Shown: positions 40,559 through 50,882 of the stretch, piece by piece
Position numbering within the stretch: position 1 is the first letter of the stretch
Layout of the letters: the number at the start of each line of letters is the position of its first letter
Assembly: GCA_965223295.1 (NCBI GenBank)
Contig: CBDCWC010000002.1
Location: 320,001 to 384,000 of the forward strand
Direction: 5' to 3'
DNA: 64,000 nt
Source of the DNA: Nitrospirales bacterium
GTDB taxonomy: Bacteria; Nitrospirota; Nitrospiria; Nitrospirales; UBA8639
The notes under the pieces: generated by a model
Databases searched by the model: none
Told to the model about the DNA's origin: nothing
What the model saw: the letters and a program-made list of their open reading frames with translations, nothing else
Made by a program: the position numbers and the translations under genes

Positions 40559-41791
40559 ATGATGAAACAGATCGCGACCTTTCCTTTACTCTTGGCCTTT
40601 TTGGCTACGGCTTTAGGTCTCACCGCGTGCGAACAAGAAGCCGGAACGGCACCAGCGCCTCCGCCACCGGAAGTGAAAGTGATTACTGTTGAGCCAAAGA
40701 CCATTCCTGATGAGGTAGAGTTTATTGGTCAAACGGATTCATTTCGGCCTGTCGAGATTCGAGCTCAAGTGACAGGAATTATTAAGAAAGTATTTTTTAC
40801 TGAAGGGCGAGATGTGCAAAAAGGCGATAAGCTCTATCTGATTGATCCCATCCCATTTAAAGCGGCAGCTGGAAGTGCTAAAGGGCAAGTGGGGCAGACA
40901 GTCGCACGTTTAGCAAAAGCCCGGGCAGAGTTAGCCCGCGTTCGGCCTCTGGTTGAAGAACAAGCCGTGAGTCAAAAAGATGTGGACGACGCAATAGCTG
41001 AAGAGTTAGCGGCCGAGTCGGCGCTTGTCTCGGCGAAAGCCGAATATGACAAAGCTCGCTTTGACTTGAAAAATACCCTGATTGTTGCGCCTGTGTCTGG
41101 GCGAATTGAAAGAAGTCAGCTTTACGAAGGCCGTCTCGTGTCAGCACAAACAGACCTTCTCACCAGTATTCATCAAATGGACCCGATGTACGTGAATGTC
41201 AATGTGCCAGAAAGTTATATCCTACGGCGGCAACGCGAGTTGTCTGAACAGCGTGTGGAACGTCCCGATCTCTTCCAGCTGCGGGGGCTTATGACGATGG
41301 CCGATGGCTCAACGTATCCCCATGAGGGGACATTGGATTTCGCGGGAACGGGGTTTCGTTCAGAAACCGGTTCGTTGCAGTCTCGTTTTGTGTTTCCCAA
41401 CATTCGTCAACGCTCAGTTCCTGGTGATCGGGATGATCGTCCAATTTATGCGCTGTTTCCAGGCCAGTTCGTCAAAATTCTGGTTAAAGGGTATATGCGA
41501 ACAAACGCGATGCTGGTGCCGCAGCGCGCGGTGCAGCAAGGGCCGCAAGGGACATTTCTGTTTGTTGTGGGAGAGAATGATGTCTGTGACCTTCGTCCAG
41601 TTAAAGCCAGCTTATGGAAAGGTGCTGAATGGGTCATTGAAGATGGGTTGCAACATGGAGACCGGGTAGTCGTTGAAGGATTTCATCGAGTTCGACCCGG
41701 CAATCAAGTCAAACCGATTCCCTATCAGGCTACGCTGTCCCCAACCCAAGAGCATACTGTAGACGAGTCGAAATCCGCAGAAGTGTCATGA
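40559..41791 (+). CDS. RND efflux periplasmic adaptor (AcrA/MexA-like lipoprotein)
   Basis: Lipobox LTAC; VEIRAQVTGII; IVAPVSGRI; LVPQRAV. Confidence 0.92.
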   Translation: MMKQIATFPLLLAFLATALGLTACEQEAGTAPAPPPPEVKVITVEPKTIPDEVEFIGQTDSFRPVEIRAQVTGIIKKVFFTEGRDVQKGDKLYLIDPIPFKAAAGSAKGQVGQTVARLAKARAELARVRPLVEEQAVSQKDVDDAIAEELAAESALVSAKAEYDKARFDLKNTLIVAPVSGRIERSQLYEGRLVSAQTDLLTSIHQMDPMYVNVNVPESYILRRQRELSEQRVERPDLFQLRGLMTMADGSTYPHEGTLDFAGTGFRSETGSLQSRFVFPNIRQRSVPGDRDDRPIYALFPGQFVKILVKGYMRTNAMLVPQRAVQQGPQGTFLFVVGENDVCDLRPVKASLWKGAEWVIEDGLQHGDRVVVEGFHRVRPGNQVKPIPYQATLSPTQEHTVDESKSAEVS

Positions 41792-44700
41792 GCCCTCAAT
41801 TCTTTATTGACCGTCCGATCTTTGCGTCAGTGGTCTCGATCATGATTATGGTTGTCGGTCTGGTGGCCATTCAAACGCTGCCTGTGGCGCAGTTTCCAGA
41901 AATTACTCCTCCCATGGTCCAGATTGATGCCGATTATCCCGGTGCGAGTGCTGAGGTTGTTGCCGAATCGGTCGCACGGCCCATAGAACTGCAGCTTCCT
42001 GGTATCGACAATTTACTCTATTACGACTCCACGAGCACGAACGATGGTCATATGACAATGCGGCTGACGTTCGAGATTGGGACAGATGTGGATATTGCTC
42101 AGGTCCAAACGCAAAATCGGCAGAAACTGGCCGAGCCTCAATTGCCTCCAGAAGTTGTGCGTCAAGGGATTTCGGTAAAAAAAACCTCTCCTAATCTGCT
42201 TGCGGTGATTGTGCTGGATTCCGATAACCCAAATCATGACGCGTTTTTTCTATCTAACTATGCCATTCTTCGTGTGCTCGACAATATTAAGCGATTGCCC
42301 GGCGTTGGCGATGCGTCGGTCTACGGTCAACAAAGTTACAGTATGCGCATTATTCTCGATCCTGTTCGAATGGCTCAGCTTCAGATCACTCCAACTGATA
42401 TTGCGACAGTGGTCCAAGAGCAAAACCGTAATTTTCCTGCTGGGACTCTCGGCCGGGAGCCTGCCTTGCCTGCGACTGAATTAACCATTCCAGTGATTAC
42501 GCAAGGTCGGTTGACGGAAGTCAAAGATTTTGAAGAGCTCATCGTCCGTGCCCTGCCTGATGGATCAATCGTCCGGCTGAGTGACGTGGCCCGGATTGAA
42601 CTTGGTGCTCAATCTTATAATCTCGAAGGCCAGTTTAATGGAGAGTCCACTGCATTACTGATTACGTTCTTATCTCCGGGGGCCAATGCGCTTGAAACGA
42701 TTGGACGTATTCGAACTGAATTAAAAGCCCTGACGCCAGCCTTTCCGCAGGGGATGACCTATGACATTCCCTATGACACGACTCGCTTTATCGAAGTGTC
42801 GATTAAGGAAGTTCTCCAGACCTTACTCGAGGCCATGGTCCTGGTCCTACTCGTGGTCTTTGTGTTTTTACAAAGCTGGCGTGCGACATTGATTCCAGCA
42901 CTTGCCGTGCCGGTTTCTTTAATTGGGACGTTTGCGGGAATGGAGGCTTTAGGGTTCTCGATTAATACATTAACCCTCTTTGGCATGGTCTTGGCAATCG
43001 GTATTGTCGTTGATGATGCGATTGTCGTAGTGGAAAATGTGGAACGGCACATGACCCAAGGGGGACTCTCGCCGAAAGCGGCGGCAAAGCAAGCGATGTT
43101 TGAGGTCACCGGACCTGTCATTGCCATTGTCTTGGTTTTGAGTTCTGTGTTTATTCCTGTCGCATTTTTAGGCGGGATTACGGGTGAACTCTACAAGCAA
43201 TTTGCGATCACGATCGCGTTGTCTGTTGCACTTTCTGGACTGGTGGCACTGACGTTAAGTCCAGCTCTCTGTGCACTGGTTTTGAAACCCCAACATGAAG
43301 CCCCCCAAGGCTATTGGCGACTCTTTAATAACAGCTTTGATTGGGTGCAACAACGATATTGTGCGATTGTTGCCGTGATGCTCAGGCACACCGCTCTGTC
43401 TACTCTGGTGTTTGCTGTTTTGCTATTGGGAACCTGGGGTCTATTGAAGGTTGTGCCTGGAAGTTTTTTGCCTGAAGAAGATCAAGGCTATTTTATCGTC
43501 GCGGCGCAGTTGCCTGACGGAGCTTCTAAACAACGAACAGATTCGGTGCTTCAAGAACTTGCAGATTTTTTTGGAGATGACTCTGCGGTGTACGGGACTC
43601 AAGCGCTCTCTGGACAAAATTTTATCTTTAATACCCGAGGAAGCAATAGCGCGACGATGTTTGTCCCTCTCAAGCCATGGGACGAGCGAACAGATCCAGC
43701 TTCGCATGTGAAAGCGCTGATCGGACGGGCCTACCAAAAGTTTGCGGAAATTACCGAAGGCCTTGTGTTGGCCTTCAATGCCCCGTCTATCCGCGGGTTA
43801 GGTGCGACAGGCGGCTTCTCTTTACAGGTGCAGGATCCGAGCAGTCGCGAGTTTTCTGAGTTTGCTGACGCGGTTCAAGCTTTTCTGGAAAAGGCCAAAG
43901 AAGATTCAGCTATCGGCAATGCCACGTCGAGTTTCCGCGTGACGGCTCCTCGTATGTATGCACGGGTGAATCGTGAACGCGCCAAGGCGTTAGGTATTCC
44001 TATTTCCGAAGTCTTTGATACGATGCAGGCCTACTTCGGGAATTTATACATCAATGATTTTGTGAAATTTGGCCGTGTGTACCGTGTCCAAACAGAAGCC
44101 GAGCCTGAGTATCGGTCCAGTCCTGAAGATATCAGCAAAATTTATGTGCGTGCGCAAAATGGACTCAGCGCCTCGATGGTTCCACTCAATACGGTTGTGA
44201 CCATGGAATTAGCCAGTGGGCCAGACCCCGTGACACATTTCAATGGTTTTAATACGGCTTTGGTGATGGGTTCGGCAGCGCCTGGATTCAGTTCAGGGCA
44301 GGCGTTGGATGCGTTGGAGCGAGTGGCGCAAGAGGTGTTGGTGCCCGAAGGGTATAGCATCGATTGGAGCGGGATTTCTTTTCAAGAACGAAAGGTTGGC
44401 GGGCAAACCACCATGATCTTACTCCTTGGACTCTTAATGGTCTTTCTGGTTCTTGCGGCTCAATACGAAAGTTGGTCCATTCCTTTTGCTGTTCTCTTTG
44501 CTGTGCCGTTTGGCATTTTGGGAGCCGTGACCGCTGTTTGGCTGAGAGGGTTGGACAATGATATTTACTTCCAGATTGGATTACTCACATTAATTGGATT
44601 GTCGGCCAAGAATGCCATCCTGATTATTGAGTTTGCCAATGAGCTCTATCATGAAGGCCGTTCTGCCGTGGAGGCAGCGCTGGAAGCCGCCCGACTCCGT

Positions 44701-44961
44701 TTCCGTCCTATTATTATGACATCAATGGCCTTTATCCTGGGCGTGATTCCTCTCGTGGTCGCCTCTGGAGCCGGTGCGGCGAGCCGCCATTCCATCGGTA
44801 CTGGAGTATTTGGAGGGATGTTAGCTGCCACATTTCTTGCGGTCTTTTTCGTTCCGTTCTTTTCTGTCGTGATCATGAAATTTCGGAAGGATACGCGAGA
44901 GGTTGATGAAGCACCTTATTTGACGGTCAAAGAAGCCCTTCAGCAACAAGAAGAATTGTAA
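41788..44961 (+). CDS. RND efflux inner-membrane transporter (HAE1, AcrB/MexB-like)
   Basis: FFIDRPIFA, GIVVDDAIVVVENVER, KNAILIIEFA, RFRPIIMTS. Confidence 0.95.
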   Translation: MSPQFFIDRPIFASVVSIMIMVVGLVAIQTLPVAQFPEITPPMVQIDADYPGASAEVVAESVARPIELQLPGIDNLLYYDSTSTNDGHMTMRLTFEIGTDVDIAQVQTQNRQKLAEPQLPPEVVRQGISVKKTSPNLLAVIVLDSDNPNHDAFFLSNYAILRVLDNIKRLPGVGDASVYGQQSYSMRIILDPVRMAQLQITPTDIATVVQEQNRNFPAGTLGREPALPATELTIPVITQGRLTEVKDFEELIVRALPDGSIVRLSDVARIELGAQSYNLEGQFNGESTALLITFLSPGANALETIGRIRTELKALTPAFPQGMTYDIPYDTTRFIEVSIKEVLQTLLEAMVLVLLVVFVFLQSWRATLIPALAVPVSLIGTFAGMEALGFSINTLTLFGMVLAIGIVVDDAIVVVENVERHMTQGGLSPKAAAKQAMFEVTGPVIAIVLVLSSVFIPVAFLGGITGELYKQFAITIALSVALSGLVALTLSPALCALVLKPQHEAPQGYWRLFNNSFDWVQQRYCAIVAVMLRHTALSTLVFAVLLLGTWGLLKVVPGSFLPEEDQGYFIVAAQLPDGASKQRTDSVLQELADFFGDDSAVYGTQALSGQNFIFNTRGSNSATMFVPLKPWDERTDPASHVKALIGRAYQKFAEITEGLVLAFNAPSIRGLGATGGFSLQVQDPSSREFSEFADAVQAFLEKAKEDSAIGNATSSFRVTAPRMYARVNRERAKALGIPISEVFDTMQAYFGNLYINDFVKFGRVYRVQTEAEPEYRSSPEDISKIYVRAQNGLSASMVPLNTVVTMELASGPDPVTHFNGFNTALVMGSAAPGFSSGQALDALERVAQEVLVPEGYSIDWSGISFQERKVGGQTTMILLLGLLMVFLVLAAQYESWSIPFAVLFAVPFGILGAVTAVWLRGLDNDIYFQIGLLTLIGLSAKNAILIIEFANELYHEGRSAVEAALEAARLRFRPIIMTSMAFILGVIPLVVASGAGAASRHSIGTGVFGGMLAATFLAVFFVPFFSVVIMKFRKDTREVDEAPYLTVKEALQQQEEL

Positions 44962-44962
44962 G

Positions 44963-46381
44963 ATGCCATTAATTTTCGTTTTTATGCTTATGGCTCTCAG
45001 TGGCTGTGCCGTTGGCCCTGATTATTCTCGGCCTGAGTTGTCAGTGCCTCAAGATTTCCAGCGAGCTGAAACGGCTAGCTCTGTCGAGTCACTAGCGAAT
45101 GTTCCCTGGTGGGAACTCCTAAAAGATTCGACTTTGCAAAAACTTGTTCATACGGCACTTGAAAAAAACAGGGATCTCCAGCAGGCGGTCGCAAGCATCG
45201 AAGAATTCGAAGCTCGTTTGTATGTGGCACGAACCGGTTTTGTGCCACAAGCCACAGGGAGCGCCAGATTTCCCGCTCTGGGGCGAACCAGTAACGGTGT
45301 CCGGTTTCCGGGTGCCCCTGGAACATTTAATTATTCCCTTCAGGGCGATTTATCCTGGGAACTGGATGTGTGGGGGCGCATTCGCCGATCAACAGGAGCG
45401 GCATTAGCTGATCTGTTAGCTCGTGAAGAGAATCAACGAGCGGTTGTGCTTAACTTGGTGAGTGGTGTGGCCCAATCTTATTTTGATTTATTGCAATTCG
45501 ATATGCAGCTCGATATTGCTAAAGAAACCCTTGAATCCTGGGAGGAATCGGTAAAGATTGCACAGGCGAGGCTGAAAAGCGGCGTCACCTCACGGCTTGA
45601 TGCCGATCAATTCGAAGGTGAGCGAGCGAATGCGGCGGCGCGAGTGGCACAGCTTGAACGTTCGACGATTCAGAAAGAAAATGAGCTGAGTGTTCTTCTT
45701 GGCCAGCACCCCACTCCCATTGCCAGAGGGACGCGTCTGACCGATCAAGTGGTCCCACCTGAAGTGCCCGCGGGGTTACCCTCAGAATTATTGCGTCGTC
45801 GTCCAGATATTGTGCGAACGGAACATGAGTTGGTGGCGGCCACGGAACGAATCGGAGTGGCGAAGGCTGACCGCTTTCCAAAGATTAGCCTCACAGGTAT
45901 TCTGGGCGTGGCGAGCCCCCGGCTTTCCAAACTAATTGGATCAGACACCAAATTTGGTGCGGCTGGGTTCGACATTTTGGGTCCGGTGTTGAATGCCCAA
46001 ACACTGGGTTTTCAGCAAGATGTGGCGGAAGCCCAAGCCAAGCAAGCTCTCGCGCAATACGAGCAAACAGTTCTTGTGGCATTCAAGGAAGTAGAGGATG
46101 CGTTAATTGCGGTGCAGACTGCCCGGCGGCAGCGTCAGGCTCAAGTTGAGCAGGTGGAGGCTCTGCGTTCAGCTCTGCGGCTTTCGAATCTTCGCTATAA
46201 GGGTGGAGTCACGAGTTACATTGATGTCCTCATTGCTAAGCGCAGTTTGTTTGAAGCCGAATTGTCTCTGGCCGAAACTCACCGTCTTCACCTGGTCTCG
46301 ATAGTCCAGTTGTACAAGGCCTTAGGTGGAGGCTGGCAAGTCGAAAACTCACCAAATATGACGGCAAAGAGTACACGCTAG
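44963..46381 (+). CDS. RND efflux outer membrane factor (NodT/OprM-like lipoprotein)
   Basis: LSGCAVGPDY; WELDVWGR; PSELLRRRPDI; LYKALGGGW. Confidence 0.95.
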   Translation: MPLIFVFMLMALSGCAVGPDYSRPELSVPQDFQRAETASSVESLANVPWWELLKDSTLQKLVHTALEKNRDLQQAVASIEEFEARLYVARTGFVPQATGSARFPALGRTSNGVRFPGAPGTFNYSLQGDLSWELDVWGRIRRSTGAALADLLAREENQRAVVLNLVSGVAQSYFDLLQFDMQLDIAKETLESWEESVKIAQARLKSGVTSRLDADQFEGERANAAARVAQLERSTIQKENELSVLLGQHPTPIARGTRLTDQVVPPEVPAGLPSELLRRRPDIVRTEHELVAATERIGVAKADRFPKISLTGILGVASPRLSKLIGSDTKFGAAGFDILGPVLNAQTLGFQQDVAEAQAKQALAQYEQTVLVAFKEVEDALIAVQTARRQRQAQVEQVEALRSALRLSNLRYKGGVTSYIDVLIAKRSLFEAELSLAETHRLHLVSIVQLYKALGGGWQVENSPNMTAKSTR

Positions 46382-46510
46382 AGGTTGTCTAAAAAATCGT
46401 TCACTGTCCTGGTCTTCTCGATGTTTCAGGAGCACGGCGAGAAGCTGTATGATTCTTATGGCTGCCTTTATTGAAAGGCCTATTGGCTAGTCCTCCTACT
46501 TGTATTAATT

Positions 46511-47326
46511 TCAGAGACCGAACTTCGACTTGATGCCTTTCAAAAAGGTGGTGTCATCGGCTACCTTGCGTTGGGCTATCATCTGAGCAGCATCGTCACC
46601 GGCTGTGTAGCGAAGCTGGTTGCTTCCGTCAGTTGCTGCTTTGTAAATCACTTCAGATACGACAACAGGTTCCGACCCCGCCTCACCAAGTGGTCCCATT
46701 GCCTCGGTTGCCTTGCCAACTAACGCTTGATACTCCTGTATGGTCTCATCATTCGAAAAATCGAATGACCGGCCACCAAAATCGGTTTTAACCATGCCTG
46801 GCTCGACAATCTTGACCTTCACTCCAATCGCTTCCATCTCAAAACTGAGTGCTTCTGACAATCCCTCCACTGCGAACTTTGACCCGTGATAAAGCGTGCC
46901 AAGAGGAAACCCTACTTTGCCTCCAACTGACGCAATGTTGATGATGATTCCCGAGTGGTTTCTTCGAAAGTGAGGTATGATGGCCTTCGTGGTTTCCAAA
47001 AGCCCGATTACGTTTACGTCGAATTGCCGTCGAATCTTCTCAACGGGTACTGCTTCTAGCACGCCATAGGCTCCGTACCCAGCGTTGTTGAGCAGCACGT
47101 CAATTTTTCTGAAACGCTCGATTCCTGCCGCAACGGCTTGGTTAATCGAGGCACTGTCTAGAACGTCCAGTCTTTCAACCAGAACGTTGTCGTACTTTTT
47201 GAGGTCTTGCTCAGCTTCGGGCTTCCGCATGGTCGCAATGACGTTCCACCCCTTTTTCTGAAAGTATTGTGCTGTCATGCGACCGATGCCGCTGCTTGCT
47301 CCGGTAATCAGAATAGTCTTGGCCAC
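46511..47326 (-). CDS. Short-chain dehydrogenase/reductase
   Basis: TGASSGIG, NNAGYG, YHGSK. Confidence 0.92.
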   Translation of the reverse strand: MAKTILITGASSGIGRMTAQYFQKKGWNVIATMRKPEAEQDLKKYDNVLVERLDVLDSASINQAVAAGIERFRKIDVLLNNAGYGAYGVLEAVPVEKIRRQFDVNVIGLLETTKAIIPHFRRNHSGIIINIASVGGKVGFPLGTLYHGSKFAVEGLSEALSFEMEAIGVKVKIVEPGMVKTDFGGRSFDFSNDETIQEYQALVGKATEAMGPLGEAGSEPVVVSEVIYKAATDGSNQLRYTAGDDAAQMIAQRKVADDTTFLKGIKSKFGL

Positions 47327-47378
47327 GGTCTCTATCTCCTCACGTACAGGATTGATGTGTTTCTATTTAGTGCTGTTG

Positions 47379-48986
47379 TTAAAAGTCCTTGCGTTTCAAT
47401 TTGCCAACCAGTAAAACCCAAAGCATGGCCCCGATACGACTCCACGATGGCCGGATTGCATATTTAGTGGCCTGTTTGCAAAGGTCATAAAAGTTTCGCT
47501 TGTTGGTCAGCAGCATGTGGCCTGGCGACATGAAAGAGCAGGTAACAATTGACTTGTCCACGTTTTCGAAACTCATCAGATTTCCGAAGTTCCCGTGACC
47601 TGAAACAAACTCCTTACCTTCTTCGTTGCCGCCCCAGGTCAGATACGGATTCATGAAAACAAAGGGCGGCATGGTGTTCACCGCAATCCCGCCATATTCA
47701 AGGTTGGTAACTGCCTGGTCGACAATTCCCTGATGCTTTGTCTGGGTGTCATCATCGACCAGAATGCAGGCCCCAAGAGTTCCGAGCAGCTTGGAATTAC
47801 AGAAACCTACCGCTTGGGAAAGGAACGCTGAAGCATCTGCTGGGGTGTCTAAGGCAACCTCACCAAAGACCTGGCAGAACGCTTCATGGGTAACGCCAAA
47901 ACCGTTTTCGGGAATGTCCTCAATGAGCTGCACCTCAGAGTTGGCTATGGCGCCGTCTTCAGGACGAATGACCTTGCCGCTGGGATGTTGCATGCGAAAC
48001 TCGGCAAATATTTTCTCAGTTCCAGGATAGTAGGTAGTTGATCCAGGCGTTCCCTCACGTATAGCTTTCTCCATTGCATCTAGAAAGTTACGACGTTGTG
48101 GCCAATTGCGACACGTCACGAGCGTTTGGACCCGGCCGCAAACGGCTCCGCCGTTTAGTTTTCCCATCGTGACAATCTGCATCGCGTGATGCTCTATTTC
48201 TTTCTCGGTCCACGGTCGGTCTCCAGGAATAATGATGCAGGGATTGTTTCCCCCGCATTCTGAAATCAATTCCGCTGGTGAACTGGCCATGATAGCCTTC
48301 GCGGTGGAACTGCCGCCAGTGAAGTAAATCTGCTTGAGTCGGTTATCGCCAGTGAGATCTTGCCCTCCATCGTGATTGCAAAAACTGACCGCACGGTAAT
48401 CTACAAGTGGCTTGAGTATCTCTTCCCAAACGGCATCGCTTTCGGCGTTTAGATGATGCGGTTTGTGCACCACAGCACAGTTCTCAATAAATAAGGCTCG
48501 AATCATCTCGAATGATGACCCATAGTTGCCCGCACCAAGTACAGCGATAATGCCGCCTTCTTTATCCAACGGGTTTACTTGCTTGGGCTCACCTTTGACT
48601 CGCAAGATTCCCTTCTGGTCGGAATTGAGAAGCTTGTCCTTTGCCTGAATCGGAAAAACGACCAAGTCATACAGTCCATCCGCAACTTTGTGTGTTTCCT
48701 TCGGTTGCGGCATCTCCCCTTTCATCAATAGTTGATAGACGTCGATGCAAGCGCTAACATTGCTTGCCAGCGGGACGACGGTGGCCTGCATTGAGGTTCC
48801 CACCTGATGAATGTTGGATGATTCGTTCGGCGTGAGTTTCTTCATCCGGCAATCGGCCTCGACCAATTTGGGCCATTGGCGTTCAATGCTCTGCTGAACC
48901 TCTTTCAGCAGTCGCAGCTTCTCTTTGGCTGAAGTCTTCCTCCACTTCTCTGGTTCTACCCAATCGAGGGCTTCGTTTGCTTTCAT
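47379..48986 (-). CDS. Aldehyde dehydrogenase family protein; start reassigned to ATG 48986
   Basis: GAGNY, FTGGSSTA, SECGGNNP, catalytic Cys in GAVCG, EAFCQV; the longer ORF would overlap tetR. Confidence 0.8.
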   Translation of the reverse strand: MKANEALDWVEPEKWRKTSAKEKLRLLKEVQQSIERQWPKLVEADCRMKKLTPNESSNIHQVGTSMQATVVPLASNVSACIDVYQLLMKGEMPQPKETHKVADGLYDLVVFPIQAKDKLLNSDQKGILRVKGEPKQVNPLDKEGGIIAVLGAGNYGSSFEMIRALFIENCAVVHKPHHLNAESDAVWEEILKPLVDYRAVSFCNHDGGQDLTGDNRLKQIYFTGGSSTAKAIMASSPAELISECGGNNPCIIIPGDRPWTEKEIEHHAMQIVTMGKLNGGAVCGRVQTLVTCRNWPQRRNFLDAMEKAIREGTPGSTTYYPGTEKIFAEFRMQHPSGKVIRPEDGAIANSEVQLIEDIPENGFGVTHEAFCQVFGEVALDTPADASAFLSQAVGFCNSKLLGTLGACILVDDDTQTKHQGIVDQAVTNLEYGGIAVNTMPPFVFMNPYLTWGGNEEGKEFVSGHGNFGNLMSFENVDKSIVTCSFMSPGHMLLTNKRNFYDLCKQATKYAIRPSWSRIGAMLWVLLVGKLKRKDF

Positions 48987-49047
48987 GTTAGAACTCCCGA
49001 GGTTCACATGTTTCGCTGGACGGTCGATGCTGCTTGCGATTACACTG

Positions 49048-49087
49048 ATAGCCGACCGACGGTCTGGAGTATAGCCGACCGACGGTC
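49048..49087. promoter_or_regulatory. Tandem palindromic operators, likely for the adjacent TetR
   Basis: ATAGCCGACCGACGGTC repeated at 49048 and 49071, each containing the palindrome GACCG-A-CGGTC, in the divergent intergenic region. Confidence 0.75.
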
Positions 49088-49120
49088 GAATATCAATGCC
49101 TCCATGGAAAACTGCTTTGC

Positions 49121-49750
49121 ATGAGCTGGGAACGAGCACGAAAACCCGAACAGAAGGCCGACAGGGTCGAACAAATACTGATGGGGGCAGCTGAGCTCTT
49201 CGATGCCGGTGAGTTTTCAGATATTTCGATGCGTGGCCTCGCCGAGAAGTCCCAAATGGGCAAGGCAAGCCTCTATCAATATTTCGAGACGAAAGAGGAG
49301 GTGTTTGCCTCGCTCTACTGCCGAGAACTCGAGTTGTGGCTTACATCCGTCGAACAACGGTTAGCAAGAATGCGAAAGCTTACTCCTGCCCGCCTGGCTC
49401 ACACTCTAGCAACTATTCTGAAGGAGCATCCGAGATTCTGTCGCCTGACAGTGTTGTTCTCCAGTGTCCTGGAACGCAATTTATCTGACCACGCGATAGT
49501 GACATTCAAATCATCTCTGGTGGAACCCATGAACCGCTTTGTCCAGGTATTGACCTCAGTTTATCCTGGGTTCTCGAAGAATGATGCGGCAGAGTTCTTA
49601 TTTCAGCATCATGCGGTTATCGCTGGATTATGGCCACTGGCGCATCCTTCGCCTCAGGTAGATGCTGTGCTCGATTATAAGGAATTCCAACACTTTCGCG
49701 TCGACTTCTTTCCGCTGATTGAACGGACCCTTCAGAGATTGCTGGTATGA
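49121..49750 (+). CDS. TetR-family transcriptional regulator
   Basis: ISMRGLAEKSQMGKASLYQYFETKEEVF helix-turn-helix. Confidence 0.92.
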   Translation: MSWERARKPEQKADRVEQILMGAAELFDAGEFSDISMRGLAEKSQMGKASLYQYFETKEEVFASLYCRELELWLTSVEQRLARMRKLTPARLAHTLATILKEHPRFCRLTVLFSSVLERNLSDHAIVTFKSSLVEPMNRFVQVLTSVYPGFSKNDAAEFLFQHHAVIAGLWPLAHPSPQVDAVLDYKEFQHFRVDFFPLIERTLQRLLV

Positions 49751-49866
49751 CTCTGTTGGCCAACACAACAGAAGCATCCCTCTTGGAAAACTTTGTTATG
49801 ATGCTTTGCTCAAGTAGAAATCTAGTCTAATAATGGTGCGCAAGTGGCCATAGACATTTCTCATCA

Positions 49867-50133
49867 GGGAATGTTGAAAAAAGTCGCCGCCTACTCCGCC
49901 GGAGTAACTCGATGGGCTACGAAGGCCGGGAGCGGCGTTCCCTGCCTTCGCCGGAGCGGTTTCGCGCAGGCAGGTCGCCCTTTTCCCGTGCTCACGTAAT
50001 ACCAGTACGCTCCATGCGGAACAATGGCTGCGGCCTTTCTGGACGGACTTTTTTGATCATTCCCGTCGCATCGAGGTCTCCACTGCACTGAAAGCGTTTT
50101 TGTAACTTGAAATTGAATTATTCAACAACCCCC
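49867..50133 (+). mobile_element. MITE-like repeat carrying two nested mini-insertions
   Basis: Ends GGGAATGTTGAAAAA / TTTTTGATCATTCCC (50064) / TTATTCAACAACCCC; homologous to 58616-58770 and to the reverse complement of 61813-61931. Confidence 0.7.
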
Positions 50134-50372
50134 ATCATTACGACACTAAGATCACTACGCATTGGTGAGAAATGTACTTTTTGCATGGAAAGTGAGAGCA
50201 TTGTGCTCTGATGCTGTTCGCCAAGGGACACGTATTAACAACAGGTGTAGACTGGGAGACGTGCCGGAAGGCTGACTGTGACTCAAGACATACAAATAAA
50301 AATTTTATGTGTAATAATCTTTCCTTCACTCTCCCAAGCATAGTAATTCTTTCATGAATTTAAGGGTTCTCC

Positions 50373-50756
50373 GTGATAGAAATTGATCACTTAGACCATT
50401 TGGTTCTCACGGTTACTGATATTGAAAAGACCGTAGACTTTTACGAAATGGTTTTAGGCATGAAGCAAGTTTCATATGGTGAAGGTCGCATAGCCTTATC
50501 ATTCGGGAATCAGAAAATTAACTGGCATCAACTTGGTCAAGAATTTGAGCCAAAAGCTGAGAATGTAGGTGTGGGTAATGTTGATCTATGTTTTATATTA
50601 AAAACGAACATTGAGGAAGCCCAAAGATATCTTGAGCAATGTGGGATTAAAATTATAGATGGGCCTGTAGCACGAACTGGAGCGGGCGGTAAAATGACAT
50701 CACTCTATTTTAGGGACCCGGATCTGAATCTGATCGAAGTCTCGAAATACGTGTGA
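50373..50756 (+). CDS. VOC-family protein (GLOD5-like)
   Basis: LDHLVLTVTDI, FGNQKIN, GPVARTGA, SLYFRDPDLNLIE. Confidence 0.9.
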   Translation: MIEIDHLDHLVLTVTDIEKTVDFYEMVLGMKQVSYGEGRIALSFGNQKINWHQLGQEFEPKAENVGVGNVDLCFILKTNIEEAQRYLEQCGIKIIDGPVARTGAGGKMTSLYFRDPDLNLIEVSKYV

Positions 50757-50759
50757 GCA

Positions 50760-50789
50760 AATGACGACTATTGATCTCAAACGGGCCTT
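50760..50789 (+). repeat. Degenerate ~30-bp inter-gene site A
   Basis: AATGACGACTATTGATCTCAAACGGGCCTT; shares AATGAYGACT with site C; weakest copy. Confidence 0.35.
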
Positions 50790-50882
50790 CGCGTTTTATT
50801 CGATATAGCTGCGTTCCGCTGAATTTTTGCGGGATAAATAGTTGTTTCCGGGCTAAGATTTGTTATCACTATCGGAGCAAGT

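Noticed and set aside
48987-49268. N-terminal extension of the ALDH ORF
   Set aside because: It overlaps tetR and the operator repeats; ATG 48986 with an upstream GGGAG fits better
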